Source: Escherichia coli (GTDB lineage Bacteria; Pseudomonadota; Gammaproteobacteria; Enterobacterales; Enterobacteriaceae). Taken from it: DNA of 64,000 nt. The stretch lies in assembly GCF_050920415.1 (NCBI RefSeq), contig NZ_CP169309.1; one strand, written 5' to 3'. Position 1 is the stretch's first letter; each line of letters opens with the position of its first letter. Below are positions 10,504 through 22,973 of the stretch, one piece after another. Position numbers and translations under genes: made by a program. The notes under the pieces were generated by a model. The model had not been told where the DNA came from. It worked only from the letters and a program-made list of their open reading frames with translations, and ran no database searches.

Positions 10504-11325
10504 CTATCGCATAATGCCCATAAAGCCATGCACGCCCATATACACCCCAACTAAGCCAATCAACAGACTGGAAAAATAGGGGGCACGTTTAGCGAGAGTG
10601 TTAAATCCGCTCCAGCGTTTTGCGACCTGCTGAACGCTGATTGCTGCGCCAACGCCTACGGTGACTAGCGTTAACGCCAGGCCAATGCTGAAACTGACGA
10701 CCAGTGTTGCGCCTAGTGTCAGGGCTTTCAACTGAATACAAATCAACAGCACGGTAATTGCTGCCGGGCAGGGGATCAGTCCACCTGTTAACCCAAACAA
10801 TAAAATTTGCCAGTTGGTCACTTCTCTGCCATTGAAGCGTCGTTTGATGTCATTGGCATGGGCTCGTGCATGAGCATCCTGATACTCCCCATGTTCGTGA
10901 TGGTGATGATGTCCATGGTCGTGGTGATCTTCGTGATCGTGATGATACTCATGATCATGCCCGTGCATATTCTCCAGCCAGTTGCGTTCGCCGCGCCAGG
11001 TACGCCAGAACATCCAGAACGCGGTGCCAATAATGATCACCGCGGAAATCAACTGGAGCCACGGTTCTGCAGATTGAGCAGTAAAACGTTTGCTGATCAC
11101 CATCCCGCCAAAGGCAATCAACCAGACCACCGCGGTATGCGAAATGGTTGCTGCCAGTCCGAGCATCACCGCCTGTTTAATGGTGCCTTTGATGGCGATG
11201 ATAAACGCCGCCATCATCGTTTTTGAGTGCCCTGGTTCCAGGCCATGAAGCGCACCAAGTAAGATGGCGCTGGGAATGAAGAACCAGGCGTTTCCTTGCT
11301 GAAGAAGAGTGGTAAATTCGGTCAT
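10504..11325 (-). CDS. rcnA: Nickel/cobalt efflux permease RcnA
   Basis: 273 aa membrane protein with His-rich loop HGHDHEYHHDHEDHHDHGHHHHHEHGE. Confidence 0.92.
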   Translation of the reverse strand: MTEFTTLLQQGNAWFFIPSAILLGALHGLEPGHSKTMMAAFIIAIKGTIKQAVMLGLAATISHTAVVWLIAFGGMVISKRFTAQSAEPWLQLISAVIIIGTAFWMFWRTWRGERNWLENMHGHDHEYHHDHEDHHDHGHHHHHEHGEYQDAHARAHANDIKRRFNGREVTNWQILLFGLTGGLIPCPAAITVLLICIQLKALTLGATLVVSFSIGLALTLVTVGVGAAISVQQVAKRWSGFNTLAKRAPYFSSLLIGLVGVYMGVHGFMGIMR

Positions 11326-11362
11326 GATAATAATTCTTAGTATTAATTCGGCAATCCGATTC

Positions 11363-11397
11363 TACTCCCCCCCAGTACCTGATACTACCCCCCAGTA
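11363..11397. promoter_or_regulatory. Tandem RcnR operator sites (TACT-C7/C6-AGTA) in rcnA-rcnR divergent promoter
   Basis: TACTCCCCCCCAGTA at 11363-11377 and TACTACCCCCCAGTA at 11383-11397; matches the known RcnR G/C-tract operator. Confidence 0.8.
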
Positions 11398-11445
11398 GAA
11401 TAATAGTGCTATGATTTTTCATGTTCTTGTTAACCAGGTGTTGCC

Positions 11446-11718
11446 ATGTCTCATACAATCCGTGATAAACAGAAACTGAAAGCGCGTGCCAGTAAGATTC
11501 AGGGTCAGGTCGTGGCGCTCAAGAAAATGCTCGACGAGCCGCACGAATGCGCAGCTGTTCTACAACAGATTGCTGCTATCCGTGGCGCGGTAAACGGCCT
11601 GATGCGCGAAGTGATTAAGGGGCATCTGACGGAACACATCGTTCACCAGGGGGATGAGCTAAAACGTGAAGAAGATCTGGATGTCGTTCTGAAGGTGTTG
11701 GATTCATATATCAAATAA
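11446..11718 (+). CDS. rcnR: Ni/Co-responsive transcriptional repressor RcnR
   Basis: 90 aa ORF, CsoR/RcnR family, divergent from rcnA. Confidence 0.92.
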
Positions 11719-11799
11719 TTTCACAACGTTATTGTAATACCGCCGTTTTTCCTCGTTTACAACGTGTGCGCGGGACATTACCATCCATCTCTGCGATTC

Positions 11800-11940
11800 A
11801 TCATCGCAACCAAACGACTCGGGGTGCCCTTCTGCGTGAAGGCTGAGAAATACCCGTATCACCTGATCTGGATAATGCCAGCGTAGGGAAGTCACAGACC
11901 ACCAGGTCATTGCTTCTTCACGTTATGGCAGGAGCAAACT
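11800..11940 (+). promoter_or_regulatory. TPP (thi-box) riboswitch, thiM leader
   Basis: Contains GGGGTGCCCTTCTGCGTGAAGGCTGAGAAATACCCGTATCACCTGATCTGGATAATGCCAGCGTAGGGAAGTC, which matches the thiM aptamer as I recall it; lies just upstream of the thiM start. Confidence 0.9.
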
Positions 11941-12729
11941 ATGCAAGTCGACCTGCTGAGTTCCGCGCAATCAGCGCACGCGTTAAACCTCTTTTACCAA
12001 CACTCTCCTCTTGTGCATTGCATGACCAATGATGTGGTGCAAACCTTTACTGCCAATACTTTACTGGTGCTCGGTGCATCGCCAGCGATGGTTATCGAAG
12101 CAGAAGAGGCCAGTCAATTTGCGGCTATCGCCAGTGCCTTGCTAATTAACGTTGGCACGCTGACGCAGCCACGCGCACAGGCAATGCGTGCTGCCGTTGA
12201 ACAGGCAACACACTCCCAAACGCCCTGGACGCTTGATCCGGTCGCGGTTGGCGCACTCGATTATCGTCGCCGTTTTTGTCATGAACTTTTATCTTTTAAA
12301 CCGGCAGCGATACGTGGTAATGCTTCGGAAATCATGGCATTAGCTGGCGTTGCTAATGGTGGACGGGGAGTGGATACCACTGACGCCGCGGCTAACGCGA
12401 TACCTGCTGCACAAACACTGGCACGGGAAACTGGCGCAATCGTCGTGGTCACTGGCGAGGTGGATTATATTACCGATGGTCGTCGCACCGTTGGCATTCA
12501 CGGCGGCGATCCGTTAATGACCAAAGTGGTAGGAACTGGCTGTGCATTATCGGCAGTTGTCGCTGCCTGTTGTGCATTACCAGGCGATATGCTGGAAAAT
12601 ATCGCATCTGCCTGTCACTGGATGAAACAAGCCGGAGAACGCGCCGTCGCCAGAAGTGAAGGGCCTGGCAGTTTTGTTCCCCATTTTCTTGATGCGCTCT
12701 GGCAATTGACGCAGGAGGTGCAGGCGTGA
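11941..12729 (+). CDS. thiM: Hydroxyethylthiazole kinase
   Basis: 262 aa ORF downstream of the TPP riboswitch. Confidence 0.93.
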   Translation: MQVDLLSSAQSAHALNLFYQHSPLVHCMTNDVVQTFTANTLLVLGASPAMVIEAEEASQFAAIASALLINVGTLTQPRAQAMRAAVEQATHSQTPWTLDPVAVGALDYRRRFCHELLSFKPAAIRGNASEIMALAGVANGGRGVDTTDAAANAIPAAQTLARETGAIVVVTGEVDYITDGRRTVGIHGGDPLMTKVVGTGCALSAVVAACCALPGDMLENIASACHWMKQAGERAVARSEGPGSFVPHFLDALWQLTQEVQA

Positions 12730-13526
12730 AACGAATTAACGCTCTGACGATTGCCGGTACTGATCCGAGTGGTGGTGCGGGGATTCAGGCCGATCTTAAA
12801 ACCTTCTCGGCACTTGGCGCTTATGGTTGTTCAGTAATAACCGCCCTGGTAGCGCAAAACACCCGAGGCGTGCAATCGGTGTATCGCATAGATCCTGATT
12901 TTGTCGCCGCGCAGTTGGATTCGGTGTTCACTGATGTGCGAATCGACACCACTAAAATCGGTATGTTGGCGGAAACCGATATTGTTGAAGCGGTGGCAGA
13001 ACGGTTGCAACGTTATCAGATCCAAAACGTGGTACTCGACACCGTTATGCTGGCAAAAAGCGGCGACCCGCTGCTTTCACCTTCGGCAGTTGCCACGCTA
13101 CGCAGTCGATTATTGCCATATGTTTCATTAATAACGCCAAACTTGCCCGAAGCAGCCGCCTTGCTCGACGCGCCACACGCGCGCACCGAACAGGAAATGC
13201 TGGAACAAGGGCGATCGCTGTTGGCGATGGGCTGTGGCGCAGTGCTAATGAAAGGTGGTCATCTGGATGATGAGCAAAGCCCGGACTGGCTGTTTACCCG
13301 CGAGGGTGAACAACGGTTTACCGCACCGCGCATTATGACCAAAAACACTCACGGCACTGGTTGTACGCTCTCTGCGGCGTTGGCTGCACTGCGCCCGCGC
13401 CATACAAACTGGGCTGACACCGTACAGGAGGCAAAAAGCTGGCTTTCATCGGCATTAGCCCAAGCCGACACGCTGGAAGTTGGTCACGGTATTGGTCCGG
13501 TTCACCACTTCCACGCCTGGTGGTGA
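12726..13526 (+). CDS. thiD: Hydroxymethylpyrimidine/phosphomethylpyrimidine kinase
   Basis: 266 aa; GTG start overlaps thiM stop (GTGA); [16 protein letters not shown] motif. Confidence 0.93.
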   Translation: MKRINALTIAGTDPSGGAGIQADLKTFSALGAYGCSVITALVAQNTRGVQSVYRIDPDFVAAQLDSVFTDVRIDTTKIGMLAETDIVEAVAERLQRYQIQNVVLDTVMLAKSGDPLLSPSAVATLRSRLLPYVSLITPNLPEAAALLDAPHARTEQEMLEQGRSLLAMGCGAVLMKGGHLDDEQSPDWLFTREGEQRFTAPRIMTKNTHGTGCTLSAALAALRPRHTNWADTVQEAKSWLSSALAQADTLEVGHGIGPVHHFHAWW

Positions 13527-13581
13527 GCACCGTACTATAGCTGCTTTGGTTATTGTCAGCCTTTGGCGCTGACATTCAGGG

Positions 13582-14409
13582 ATGAAACCAATGCAGCTTA
13601 GCATCACCAGTCGAAAAAAATTCACCGCTTTATTATGCGCTCTTGGGCTAATTTCCATCGTTGCAATTTATCCGCGTCAGACGGTGAATTTTTTCTATTC
13701 GACAGCTATTCAGATTAAAGACTACATCCACTTCTACGGTTATCGCCCGGTTAAATCTTTCGCTATTCGCATTCCTGCCAGTTACACCATTCACGGAATA
13801 GATGTTTCGCGCTGGCAGGAGCGGATCGACTGGCAGCGGGTGGCTAAAATGCGCGATAACGGTATTCGTTTGCAATTTGCCTTTATCAAGGCGACGGAAG
13901 GCGAAAAGCTGGTGGACCCGTATTTTTCGCGTAACTGGCAACTAAGCCGCGAAAATGGCCTGTTGCGTGGGGCGTATCATTATTTTTCCCCGTCGGTATC
14001 CGCCTCAGTTCAGGCGCGATTATTTCTGCAAACGGTGGATTTCTCACAAGGCGATCTACCTGCCGTGCTGGACGTAGAAGAACGGGGAAAATTATCGGCA
14101 AAAGAATTACGCAAGCGGGTAAGTCAGTGGCTAAAAATGGTCGAAAAACGCACGGGAAAAAAGCCGATTATTTACTCAGGAGCCGTTTTTTATCACACCA
14201 ATCTGGCGGGCTATTTCAATGAATATCCGTGGTGGGTGGCTCACTATTATCAACGTCGTCCGGACAATGACGGCATGGCCTGGCGCTTCTGGCAACATTC
14301 CGACCGTGGCCAGGTGGATGGCATTAATGGCCTGGTGGATTTTAATGTGTTTAATGGCACGGTGGAGGAGCTGCAGGGATTCGTTGATGGGATTAAAGAA
14401 ACGCCTTAA
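13582..14409 (+). CDS. yegX: GH25 lysozyme-like glycoside hydrolase
   Basis: 275 aa ORF; GIDVSRWQ and DFNVFNG motifs are typical of the GH25 muramidase fold. Confidence 0.8.
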   Translation: MKPMQLSITSRKKFTALLCALGLISIVAIYPRQTVNFFYSTAIQIKDYIHFYGYRPVKSFAIRIPASYTIHGIDVSRWQERIDWQRVAKMRDNGIRLQFAFIKATEGEKLVDPYFSRNWQLSRENGLLRGAYHYFSPSVSASVQARLFLQTVDFSQGDLPAVLDVEERGKLSAKELRKRVSQWLKMVEKRTGKKPIIYSGAVFYHTNLAGYFNEYPWWVAHYYQRRPDNDGMAWRFWQHSDRGQVDGINGLVDFNVFNGTVEELQGFVDGIKETP

Positions 14410-14460
14410 ATAAGAAGCAGTGATATACTCCCTCCAGACTCATCGCCTGGAAAAAGACAA

Positions 14461-15207
14461 ATGGAACAAGCGCATACCCAGCTGATTGCCCAACTGAACG
14501 AACGTATTTTAGCAGCGGATAACACGCCGCTTTATATTAAGTTTGCCGAAACGGTGAAAAATGCCGTGCGCAGCGGGGTGCTGGAACATGGCAATATTTT
14601 ACCCGGCGAGCGCGATTTAAGTCAGTTAACCGGCGTTTCGCGTATTACGGTGCGCAAGGCGATGCAGGCGCTGGAAGAAGAGGGCGTGGTGACACGTTCG
14701 CGCGGCTACGGCACGCAGATTAATAACATCTTTGAATACTCGTTAAAAGAAGCGCGAGGATTTTCTCAGCAGGTGGTGTTGCGCGGGAAAAAGCCCGATA
14801 CGCTATGGGTTAACAAGCGAGTGGTTAAATGCCCTGAAGAGGTGGCGCAGCAATTGGCGGTCGAAGCGGGTAGTGATGTCTTTTTGCTTAAGCGTATTCG
14901 CTATGTTGATGAAGAAGCGGTCTCTATTGAGGAGTCGTGGGTTCCGGCGCATTTAATTCATGATGTTGATGCCATCGGAATCTCTCTTTATGACTACTTC
15001 CGCAGTCAGCATATTTTTCCAAAGCGTACCCGTTCCCGCGTTAGCGCCCGGATGCCGGATGCCGAGTTTCAGTCACATATTCAATTAGATAGTAAAATAC
15101 CGGTGCTGGTGATCAAGCAAGTGGCGCTTGACCAACAGCAACGGCCTATTGAGTACAGCATCAGCCACTGTCGCAGTGATCTATACGTTTTTGTGTGTGA
15201 GGAGTAG
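14461..15207 (+). CDS. yegW: GntR-family transcriptional regulator
   Basis: 248 aa; N-terminal HTH (LPGERDLSQLTGVSRITVRKA) plus UTRA-like C-terminus. Confidence 0.85.
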   Translation: MEQAHTQLIAQLNERILAADNTPLYIKFAETVKNAVRSGVLEHGNILPGERDLSQLTGVSRITVRKAMQALEEEGVVTRSRGYGTQINNIFEYSLKEARGFSQQVVLRGKKPDTLWVNKRVVKCPEEVAQQLAVEAGSDVFLLKRIRYVDEEAVSIEESWVPAHLIHDVDAIGISLYDYFRSQHIFPKRTRSRVSARMPDAEFQSHIQLDSKIPVLVIKQVALDQQQRPIEYSISHCRSDLYVFVCEE

Positions 15208-16146
15208 TTCCTCGCGGGTTGGCGCGCAATCACCGCCGCGATGCCCGACAACCCACGACGCCACTGCATTGCCCAGCAATACGGCATCCGCCAGTGGCAA
15301 ACCAGAGGCCAGTCCAGCTAATACGCCACCTGCATGACTGTCGCCCGCCCCAATGGTGTCTACAACTTGCGTTGGAAATGCCGGGATGCAGCCAGAAGCG
15401 TTATTGCTGAAATACCATGCGCCTTCTTTATCCAGACGAACGATCAACGGCGCGGCAAATTTCTCCTGCCATTGCTTGCCAAGTGTTGTTATCTCTGCTG
15501 ATAAAGCAAAACGTTCGGCGGCAATCTCAACCTCCTGACGATTGAGTGACACTAAAGGTCGACAGGCCATGATTCGCGCCAGTAATGCATCCGGGATATC
15601 GCCAATACGTGGGCCAAAATCGATGAACGGCGTCACGTCTTGCAGACTCTCCAGCCATTCCACTAACAATTCACCGCAGGGCGAGGCCAGTTGATAACCG
15701 GAAAAATAGAGCAGGCTGCCAGGCGCAACGGTTAATCGCGCCAACCATTCGCGATTCCACTGATTTTCCACACCACTGAACGACATAAACGTGCGTTCAC
15801 CATCAGGCTCAACCAGCGCCAGACACCAGCCGTTATCGCCTTCGGCGTTATCGATGAGGCTGATTAATCCTTCTTTCGCCATCCGGTTACGAATAATTTC
15901 CGCCCACACACCCTGGCCGAGCGGCAGGGCATTACCCGCTTCGATACCGAGGCGATTTAACGCCACGGCAATATTCAGTGCACAGCCGCCAACGTTAACG
16001 CTCTGCTGTTTCAGTTCGATATCGCACCCACGCCAGGGTAGGGCATAAGCGTCGGCGATCACATCAATGACCGCCGCGCCGACGACCATCACCGGCTGAC
16101 GCGTGGTTAATTCAGGCAGCAGCGTGTGTAATCGAGCGCCGCTCAT
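15181..16146 (-). CDS. yegV: PfkB-family sugar/nucleoside kinase
   Basis: 321 aa; GG motif and C-terminal DTIGAGDSHAGG ribokinase-like signature. Confidence 0.85.
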   Translation of the reverse strand: MSGARLHTLLPELTTRQPVMVVGAAVIDVIADAYALPWRGCDIELKQQSVNVGGCALNIAVALNRLGIEAGNALPLGQGVWAEIIRNRMAKEGLISLIDNAEGDNGWCLALVEPDGERTFMSFSGVENQWNREWLARLTVAPGSLLYFSGYQLASPCGELLVEWLESLQDVTPFIDFGPRIGDIPDALLARIMACRPLVSLNRQEVEIAAERFALSAEITTLGKQWQEKFAAPLIVRLDKEGAWYFSNNASGCIPAFPTQVVDTIGAGDSHAGGVLAGLASGLPLADAVLLGNAVASWVVGHRGGDCAPTREELLLTHKNV

Positions 16147-17147
16147 ACCGCCTCCCGTTGTTGGCGATACTTTGCCAGCGCCGTGGCATAATGATTAAAA
16201 TCAAGCTGATTTACCGCATCCAGCTCCGTCTTAAACGCAGGATCGATAGCGTTAACGCCATGCAATGCGCCGCAAATCGCCGTCGCCATAGCGCCGATGG
16301 TGTCTGTGTCGCCGCCAAGGTTAGCGCACAGGATGGCGCAACGGTTCGGGTCGGTTTGTGCCAGTTCAACCAGCGCAATGGCGCACGGAACGGACTCAAT
16401 AGTACTGGTACCTGCCCCAACCACCTGATACAGCTGTTCGCTGGCGGATTCGGTGCCGTCGGCATTGCGCACAATTTTCAGCGCAATCTCCAGACGTGCT
16501 GCCAGTGAGGCGCTGAAGGTAGTGATGCGTTTTTGCTGTGCATGTCGCGCAATCGAGGGTAGAGAATCAACAATCGCTGACCAGCTTTCTCCGTCAATGG
16601 CACGGGAAATCGCCCATGCGATGACTACTGCACCTGCCACCGCCAGATCGGATTTATGGGTCGGGCTGGACGCCAGCGCCACATCATCAATAAAGGAATC
16701 AACATCGCGCGCCGGAAGCAAACAACCTAATGGCGAGACGCGCATCGCTGCGCCGTTGGTCACGCCATTGTTTTCCAGTTCAGCAACGGGTTTACCGTCG
16801 CGAATGGCGTTAAGCGCAATCTTCGAAGTTGGGCCAAGCACGTTTTTGTTAAAGGCGTTGAAACGCAGCGCCCAGTCGAGAATATTACGCCCAATCAGAT
16901 CCGGATCAATCTCGCCTTCACGTTCCAGTAACGCATCAGCCAGGCAAAGAGCCATTGAGGTATCGTCGGTAAATTCGGCGCGGTTAAAATAACAGGCCGC
17001 GTTATTCTCCTTTGGTCCAGGCAGAAAACGGTCAATCCAGCCAAAGTGTGCTTTAACGCGGCTGCGTGGCCAAAGCTCGGAGGGCATCCCCATCGCATCC
17101 CCTAACGCCTGCCCATAAAGAGCACCGAGAATACGTTCTGTTTTCAT
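16143..17147 (-). CDS. yegU: ADP-ribosylglycohydrolase family protein
   Basis: 334 aa; 4 bp overlaps with both yegT and yegV. Confidence 0.85.
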   Translation of the reverse strand: MKTERILGALYGQALGDAMGMPSELWPRSRVKAHFGWIDRFLPGPKENNAACYFNRAEFTDDTSMALCLADALLEREGEIDPDLIGRNILDWALRFNAFNKNVLGPTSKIALNAIRDGKPVAELENNGVTNGAAMRVSPLGCLLPARDVDSFIDDVALASSPTHKSDLAVAGAVVIAWAISRAIDGESWSAIVDSLPSIARHAQQKRITTFSASLAARLEIALKIVRNADGTESASEQLYQVVGAGTSTIESVPCAIALVELAQTDPNRCAILCANLGGDTDTIGAMATAICGALHGVNAIDPAFKTELDAVNQLDFNHYATALAKYRQQREAV

Positions 17148-18421
17148 TTAACTTCCCCTTGTGTCAACGCAATATCGCGATCATCGACCTTGATAGCCGT
17201 AATTTCGTTGTCGGATTCGCGGAAAAAAATCATGAACAGCACGGCGATAATGGCAATCATCACCGCGCCGAAAGTCCACATCCCGGACCAGTTGAAAGTC
17301 AGTCCGTTTACCGGTTCCGGATAAGCGAACATCTTTTCCATCATCACACCGCCAAGACGATAGCCGAGCAAACTGCCGAATCCCTGGCAGCAGAGCGTGA
17401 TCAGCCCCTGCGCAGCGGTACGCATATGCACGGGGGCTTTTTTATCGACATAGATGTAAGCGGTAACGTAGTAAAAATCGTAACTTACTCCATGCAGCAA
17501 AATGCCGAGGAACAGTAACGCGTAGGTGAAATATTCATCCGCACTACCGTAAATAAAGAAGCCATAGCGGATCGCAGCGGTGACCAGACCAAGTAATAAT
17601 ACCTTTTTGATACCAAAGCGTTTGGTAAAAAACGGCAATGCCAGCATAAAGAAGATTTCAGAGAACTGGCCGAGCGTCATCCAGCCGGTGGCGTTTTTCA
17701 TGCCGACTTCTGTCAGATAACCGTTGGCAAAGATGTAATAGAACGCCAGTGGCATCGCAAACAGGAATGAACAGAAGAAAAAGACGAGGAAGTTTTTATC
17801 GCGTAGCAGGATCAGCGCATCCAGGCCGAGCATGACTTTAATGTCCATTTTGCCGGTGCTTTTTGGCGGCGTGTCGGGCAGGAAAAACGCAAACACACCG
17901 AGCAGAGCAGAACTTCCGGCGGTAATCAGCAGCGGGATGTTAGTCGGAGAGATATCGGCATAACCCAGCATTTGCGGCAAAAATCCACATGCCAGACCGG
18001 AGGCAATCCAGCCGATAGTGCCCATCACACGAATGCGTGGGAAATCACGCTCCACATCCGGCACGTTGGCAAAAGCGATACTGTTAGTCAGCGCAATGGT
18101 CGGCATATAGGTTAGCGAGTAGGCCAGCAGTAACGGGAAGAACCCGGCAAAAGTGGTCTGTTGCGCAGCGAAATACATCAGCGCCGCACCAGCGAACATC
18201 AATACCGCCAGCACTTTCTGCGCCGAGAAAAAGCGGTCAGTGATGGAGCCAACCAGAATTGGCGACAGGATCGCCGCAATGGCGGTACAGGCATACGACC
18301 AGCCAATTTCTCCGGCACTAAAACCGCTTTTACTTAACCACAACCACAATGGCACAAACCACGCGCCCCAGATAAACCATTCAACAAACATCATGAACGA
18401 CAGCTTTGCTGTTGTTTTCAT
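17144..18421 (-). CDS. yegT: Nucleoside:H+ symporter family transporter (NupG-like)
   Basis: 425 aa polytopic membrane protein; first gene of yegTUV. Confidence 0.85.
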   Translation of the reverse strand: MKTTAKLSFMMFVEWFIWGAWFVPLWLWLSKSGFSAGEIGWSYACTAIAAILSPILVGSITDRFFSAQKVLAVLMFAGAALMYFAAQQTTFAGFFPLLLAYSLTYMPTIALTNSIAFANVPDVERDFPRIRVMGTIGWIASGLACGFLPQMLGYADISPTNIPLLITAGSSALLGVFAFFLPDTPPKSTGKMDIKVMLGLDALILLRDKNFLVFFFCSFLFAMPLAFYYIFANGYLTEVGMKNATGWMTLGQFSEIFFMLALPFFTKRFGIKKVLLLGLVTAAIRYGFFIYGSADEYFTYALLFLGILLHGVSYDFYYVTAYIYVDKKAPVHMRTAAQGLITLCCQGFGSLLGYRLGGVMMEKMFAYPEPVNGLTFNWSGMWTFGAVMIAIIAVLFMIFFRESDNEITAIKVDDRDIALTQGEVK

Positions 18422-18677
18422 CTTTTAATTCCTTCATGACAGGTAATGTAAGGTACGCGATGACAATACCATTTAATAATACCTTTTAAATACCTTTGCG
18501 GTGAAAACTTGACCGCGGTAACATTTTTTCTGATGAATCGAGCCAACAGAAAACGCTGAAAAAACATCCAAAAGATGGAAAAACTCGCCTGTAACGACCA
18601 GGATTATGATTGCCCGCAAAAGGCGGGCCAGGACAATCCATAGCCGATATCCAATCGGAATTTACGGGAGCATAGTA

Positions 18678-19730
18678 ATGACAGATATTGCGCAGTTGCT
18701 TGGCAAAGACGCCGACAACCTTTTACAGCACCGTTGTATGACTATTCCTTCTGACCAGCTTTATCTCCCCGGACATGACTACGTAGACCGCGTGATGATT
18801 GACAATAATCGCCCGCCAGCGGTGTTACGTAATATGCAGACGTTGTACAACACTGGGCGTCTGGCTGGCACAGGATATCTTTCTATTCTGCCGGTTGACC
18901 AGGGCGTTGAGCACTCTGCCGGAGCTTCATTTGCCGCTAACCCGCTCTACTTTGACCCGAAAAACATTGTTGAACTGGCGATCGAAGCGGGCTGTAACTG
19001 TGTGGCGTCAACTTACGGCGTGCTGGCATCGGTATCGCGGCGTTACGCGCATCGCATTCCATTCCTTGTCAAACTTAATCACAACGAGACGCTAAGTTAC
19101 CCGAACACTTACGATCAAACGCTGTATGCCAGCGTGGAGCAGGCGTTCAACATGGGCGCGGTGGCGGTTGGCGCGACCATCTATTTTGGCTCGGAAGAGT
19201 CACGTCGCCAGATTGAAGAAATTTCTGCGGCTTTTGAACGTGCGCACGAGCTGGGCATGGTGACCGTGCTGTGGGCCTATTTGCGTAACTCCGCCTTTAA
19301 GAAAGATGGCGTCGATTATCACGTTTCGGCTGACCTGACCGGCCAGGCTAACCATCTGGCGGCAACCATAGGCGCAGATATCGTCAAACAAAAAATGGCG
19401 GAAAATAACGGCGGCTATAAAGCGATTAATTACGGTTATACCGACGATCGCGTGTACAGCAAGTTGACCAGCGAAAACCCGATTGATCTGGTGCGTTATC
19501 AGTTAGCTAACTGCTATATGGGCCGGGCAGGGTTGATAAACTCCGGCGGTGCTGCAGGCGGTGAAACTGACCTCAGCGATGCAGTGCGTACTGCGGTCAT
19601 CAACAAACGCGCTGGCGGAATGGGGCTGATTCTTGGACGTAAGGCGTTCAAGAAATCGATGGCTGACGGCGTGAAACTGATTAACGCCGTGCAGGACGTT
19701 TATCTCGATAGCAAAATTACTATCGCCTGA
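18678..19730 (+). CDS. fbaB: Fructose-bisphosphate aldolase class I
   Basis: Internal start [22 protein letters not shown] within ORF 18606..19730 gives 350 aa. Confidence 0.9.
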
Positions 19731-19744
19731 TACGCCTCATACGA

Positions 19745-19885
19745 ACAGCACTACCCCGTAGGGCGGATAAGGCGTTCACACCGCATCCGGCAACCTATGC
19801 CTGATGCGACGCTGAAGCGTCTTATCATGCCTACACAGCGCTGCCCCGTAGGCCGGATAAGGCGTTCGCGCCGCATCTGACATAA
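19745..19885. repeat. REP/BIME cluster
   Basis: Repeated GCCGGATAAGGCGTTCACGCCGCATCCGGCA-type palindromic units downstream of fbaB. Confidence 0.85.
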
Positions 19886-19969
19886 AACAACGTGCACTTT
19901 GTTACGGCTTCCCCCGGGAGGCCGTTTTTATTGCCTGTCATTCTGGATTGATTTTCATATTGTCTTTTT

Positions 19970-19991
19970 TGTGATCGATATCGCGACATTT
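19970..19991. promoter_or_regulatory. Candidate CRP site in gatY promoter
   Basis: TGTGATCGATATCGCGACA resembles TGTGA-N6-TCACA; about 70 bp upstream of gatY. Weak call. Confidence 0.3.
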
Positions 19992-20035
19992 GGAAACAAA
20001 AAATTTCATTATATTTTGAAATCGAAAATAAATAA

Positions 20036-22193
<2,158 letters not shown>

Positions 22194-22202
22194 GGACGGT
22201 AT

Positions 22203-22655
22203 ATGACTAACCTGTTTGTTCGTAGCGGAATTTCTTTTGTCGATCGTAGCGAAGTTTTAACCCATATCGGTAATGAGATGATCGTGAAAGGTGTGGTTCA
22301 TGAAACCTGGCCACAGGCATTAATTGCCAGAGAAGCAGAATTCCCCACCGGGATAATGCTTGAACAGCACGCCATTGCAATACCGCATTGTGAGGCGATT
22401 CATGCTAAGTCGTCAGCCATTTATCTGTTAAGGCCAACAAATAAAGTTCATTTTCAGCAAGCGGATGATGATAGCGACGTGGCGGTATCGTTGGTTATTG
22501 CGTTGATTGTGGAAAATCCGCAGCAGCAATTGAAACTTTTACGCTGTTTATTTGGCAAGTTACAACAGCCCGAGATCGTCGAGACACTAATCACTCTTCC
22601 TGAAACCCAGTTAAAGGAATATTTCACAAAGTATGTTTTAGATTCAGACGAATAA
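22203..22655 (+). CDS. gatA: PTS galactitol-specific EIIA
   Basis: 150 aa ORF in gat operon order. Confidence 0.9.
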   Translation: MTNLFVRSGISFVDRSEVLTHIGNEMIVKGVVHETWPQALIAREAEFPTGIMLEQHAIAIPHCEAIHAKSSAIYLLRPTNKVHFQQADDDSDVAVSLVIALIVENPQQQLKLLRCLFGKLQQPEIVETLITLPETQLKEYFTKYVLDSDE

Positions 22656-22685
22656 ATCCCTCTGTAACAATAAAAAGGACTATTT

Positions 22686-22970
22686 ATGAAACGCAAGATT
22701 ATTGTCGCTTGCGGAGGCGCGGTTGCGACCTCTACGATGGCGGCGGAAGAAATTAAAGAGTTGTGTCATAGCCATAATATCCCCGTTGAATTAATCCAGT
22801 GTCGGGTTAATGAAATAGAAACCTATATGGATGGTGTACATCTTATTTGTACTACCGCCAGAGTTGACCGCAGTTTTGGCGATATTCCGTTAGTTCACGG
22901 CATGCCTTTTGTTTCTGGTGTCGGTATCGAAGCATTACAAAATAAAATTCTGACTATCTTACAGGGGTGA
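22686..22970 (+). CDS. gatB: PTS galactitol-specific EIIB
   Basis: 94 aa; active-site Cys near N-terminus ([12 protein letters not shown]). Confidence 0.9.
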   Translation: MKRKIIVACGGAVATSTMAAEEIKELCHSHNIPVELIQCRVNEIETYMDGVHLICTTARVDRSFGDIPLVHGMPFVSGVGIEALQNKILTILQG

Positions 22971-22973
22971 CCT

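Noticed and set aside
10807-11226. 139 aa plus-strand ORF with Met/Val/Ile repeats
   Set aside because: Antisense reading of the rcnA His-rich codon tract (CAT/GTG repeats read as ATG/CAC); artefact.
16453-16992. 179 aa plus-strand ORF
   Set aside because: Antisense to yegU; Ser/Ala/Arg-rich with no RBS; spurious.
19745-19885. REP clusters (also 49245-49340 and 62640-62745) as possible mobile element ends or CRISPR-like repeats
   Set aside because: These are typical E. coli REP/BIME palindromes in intergenic spacers after convergent or terminal genes; no transposase or RAYT ORF adjacent.
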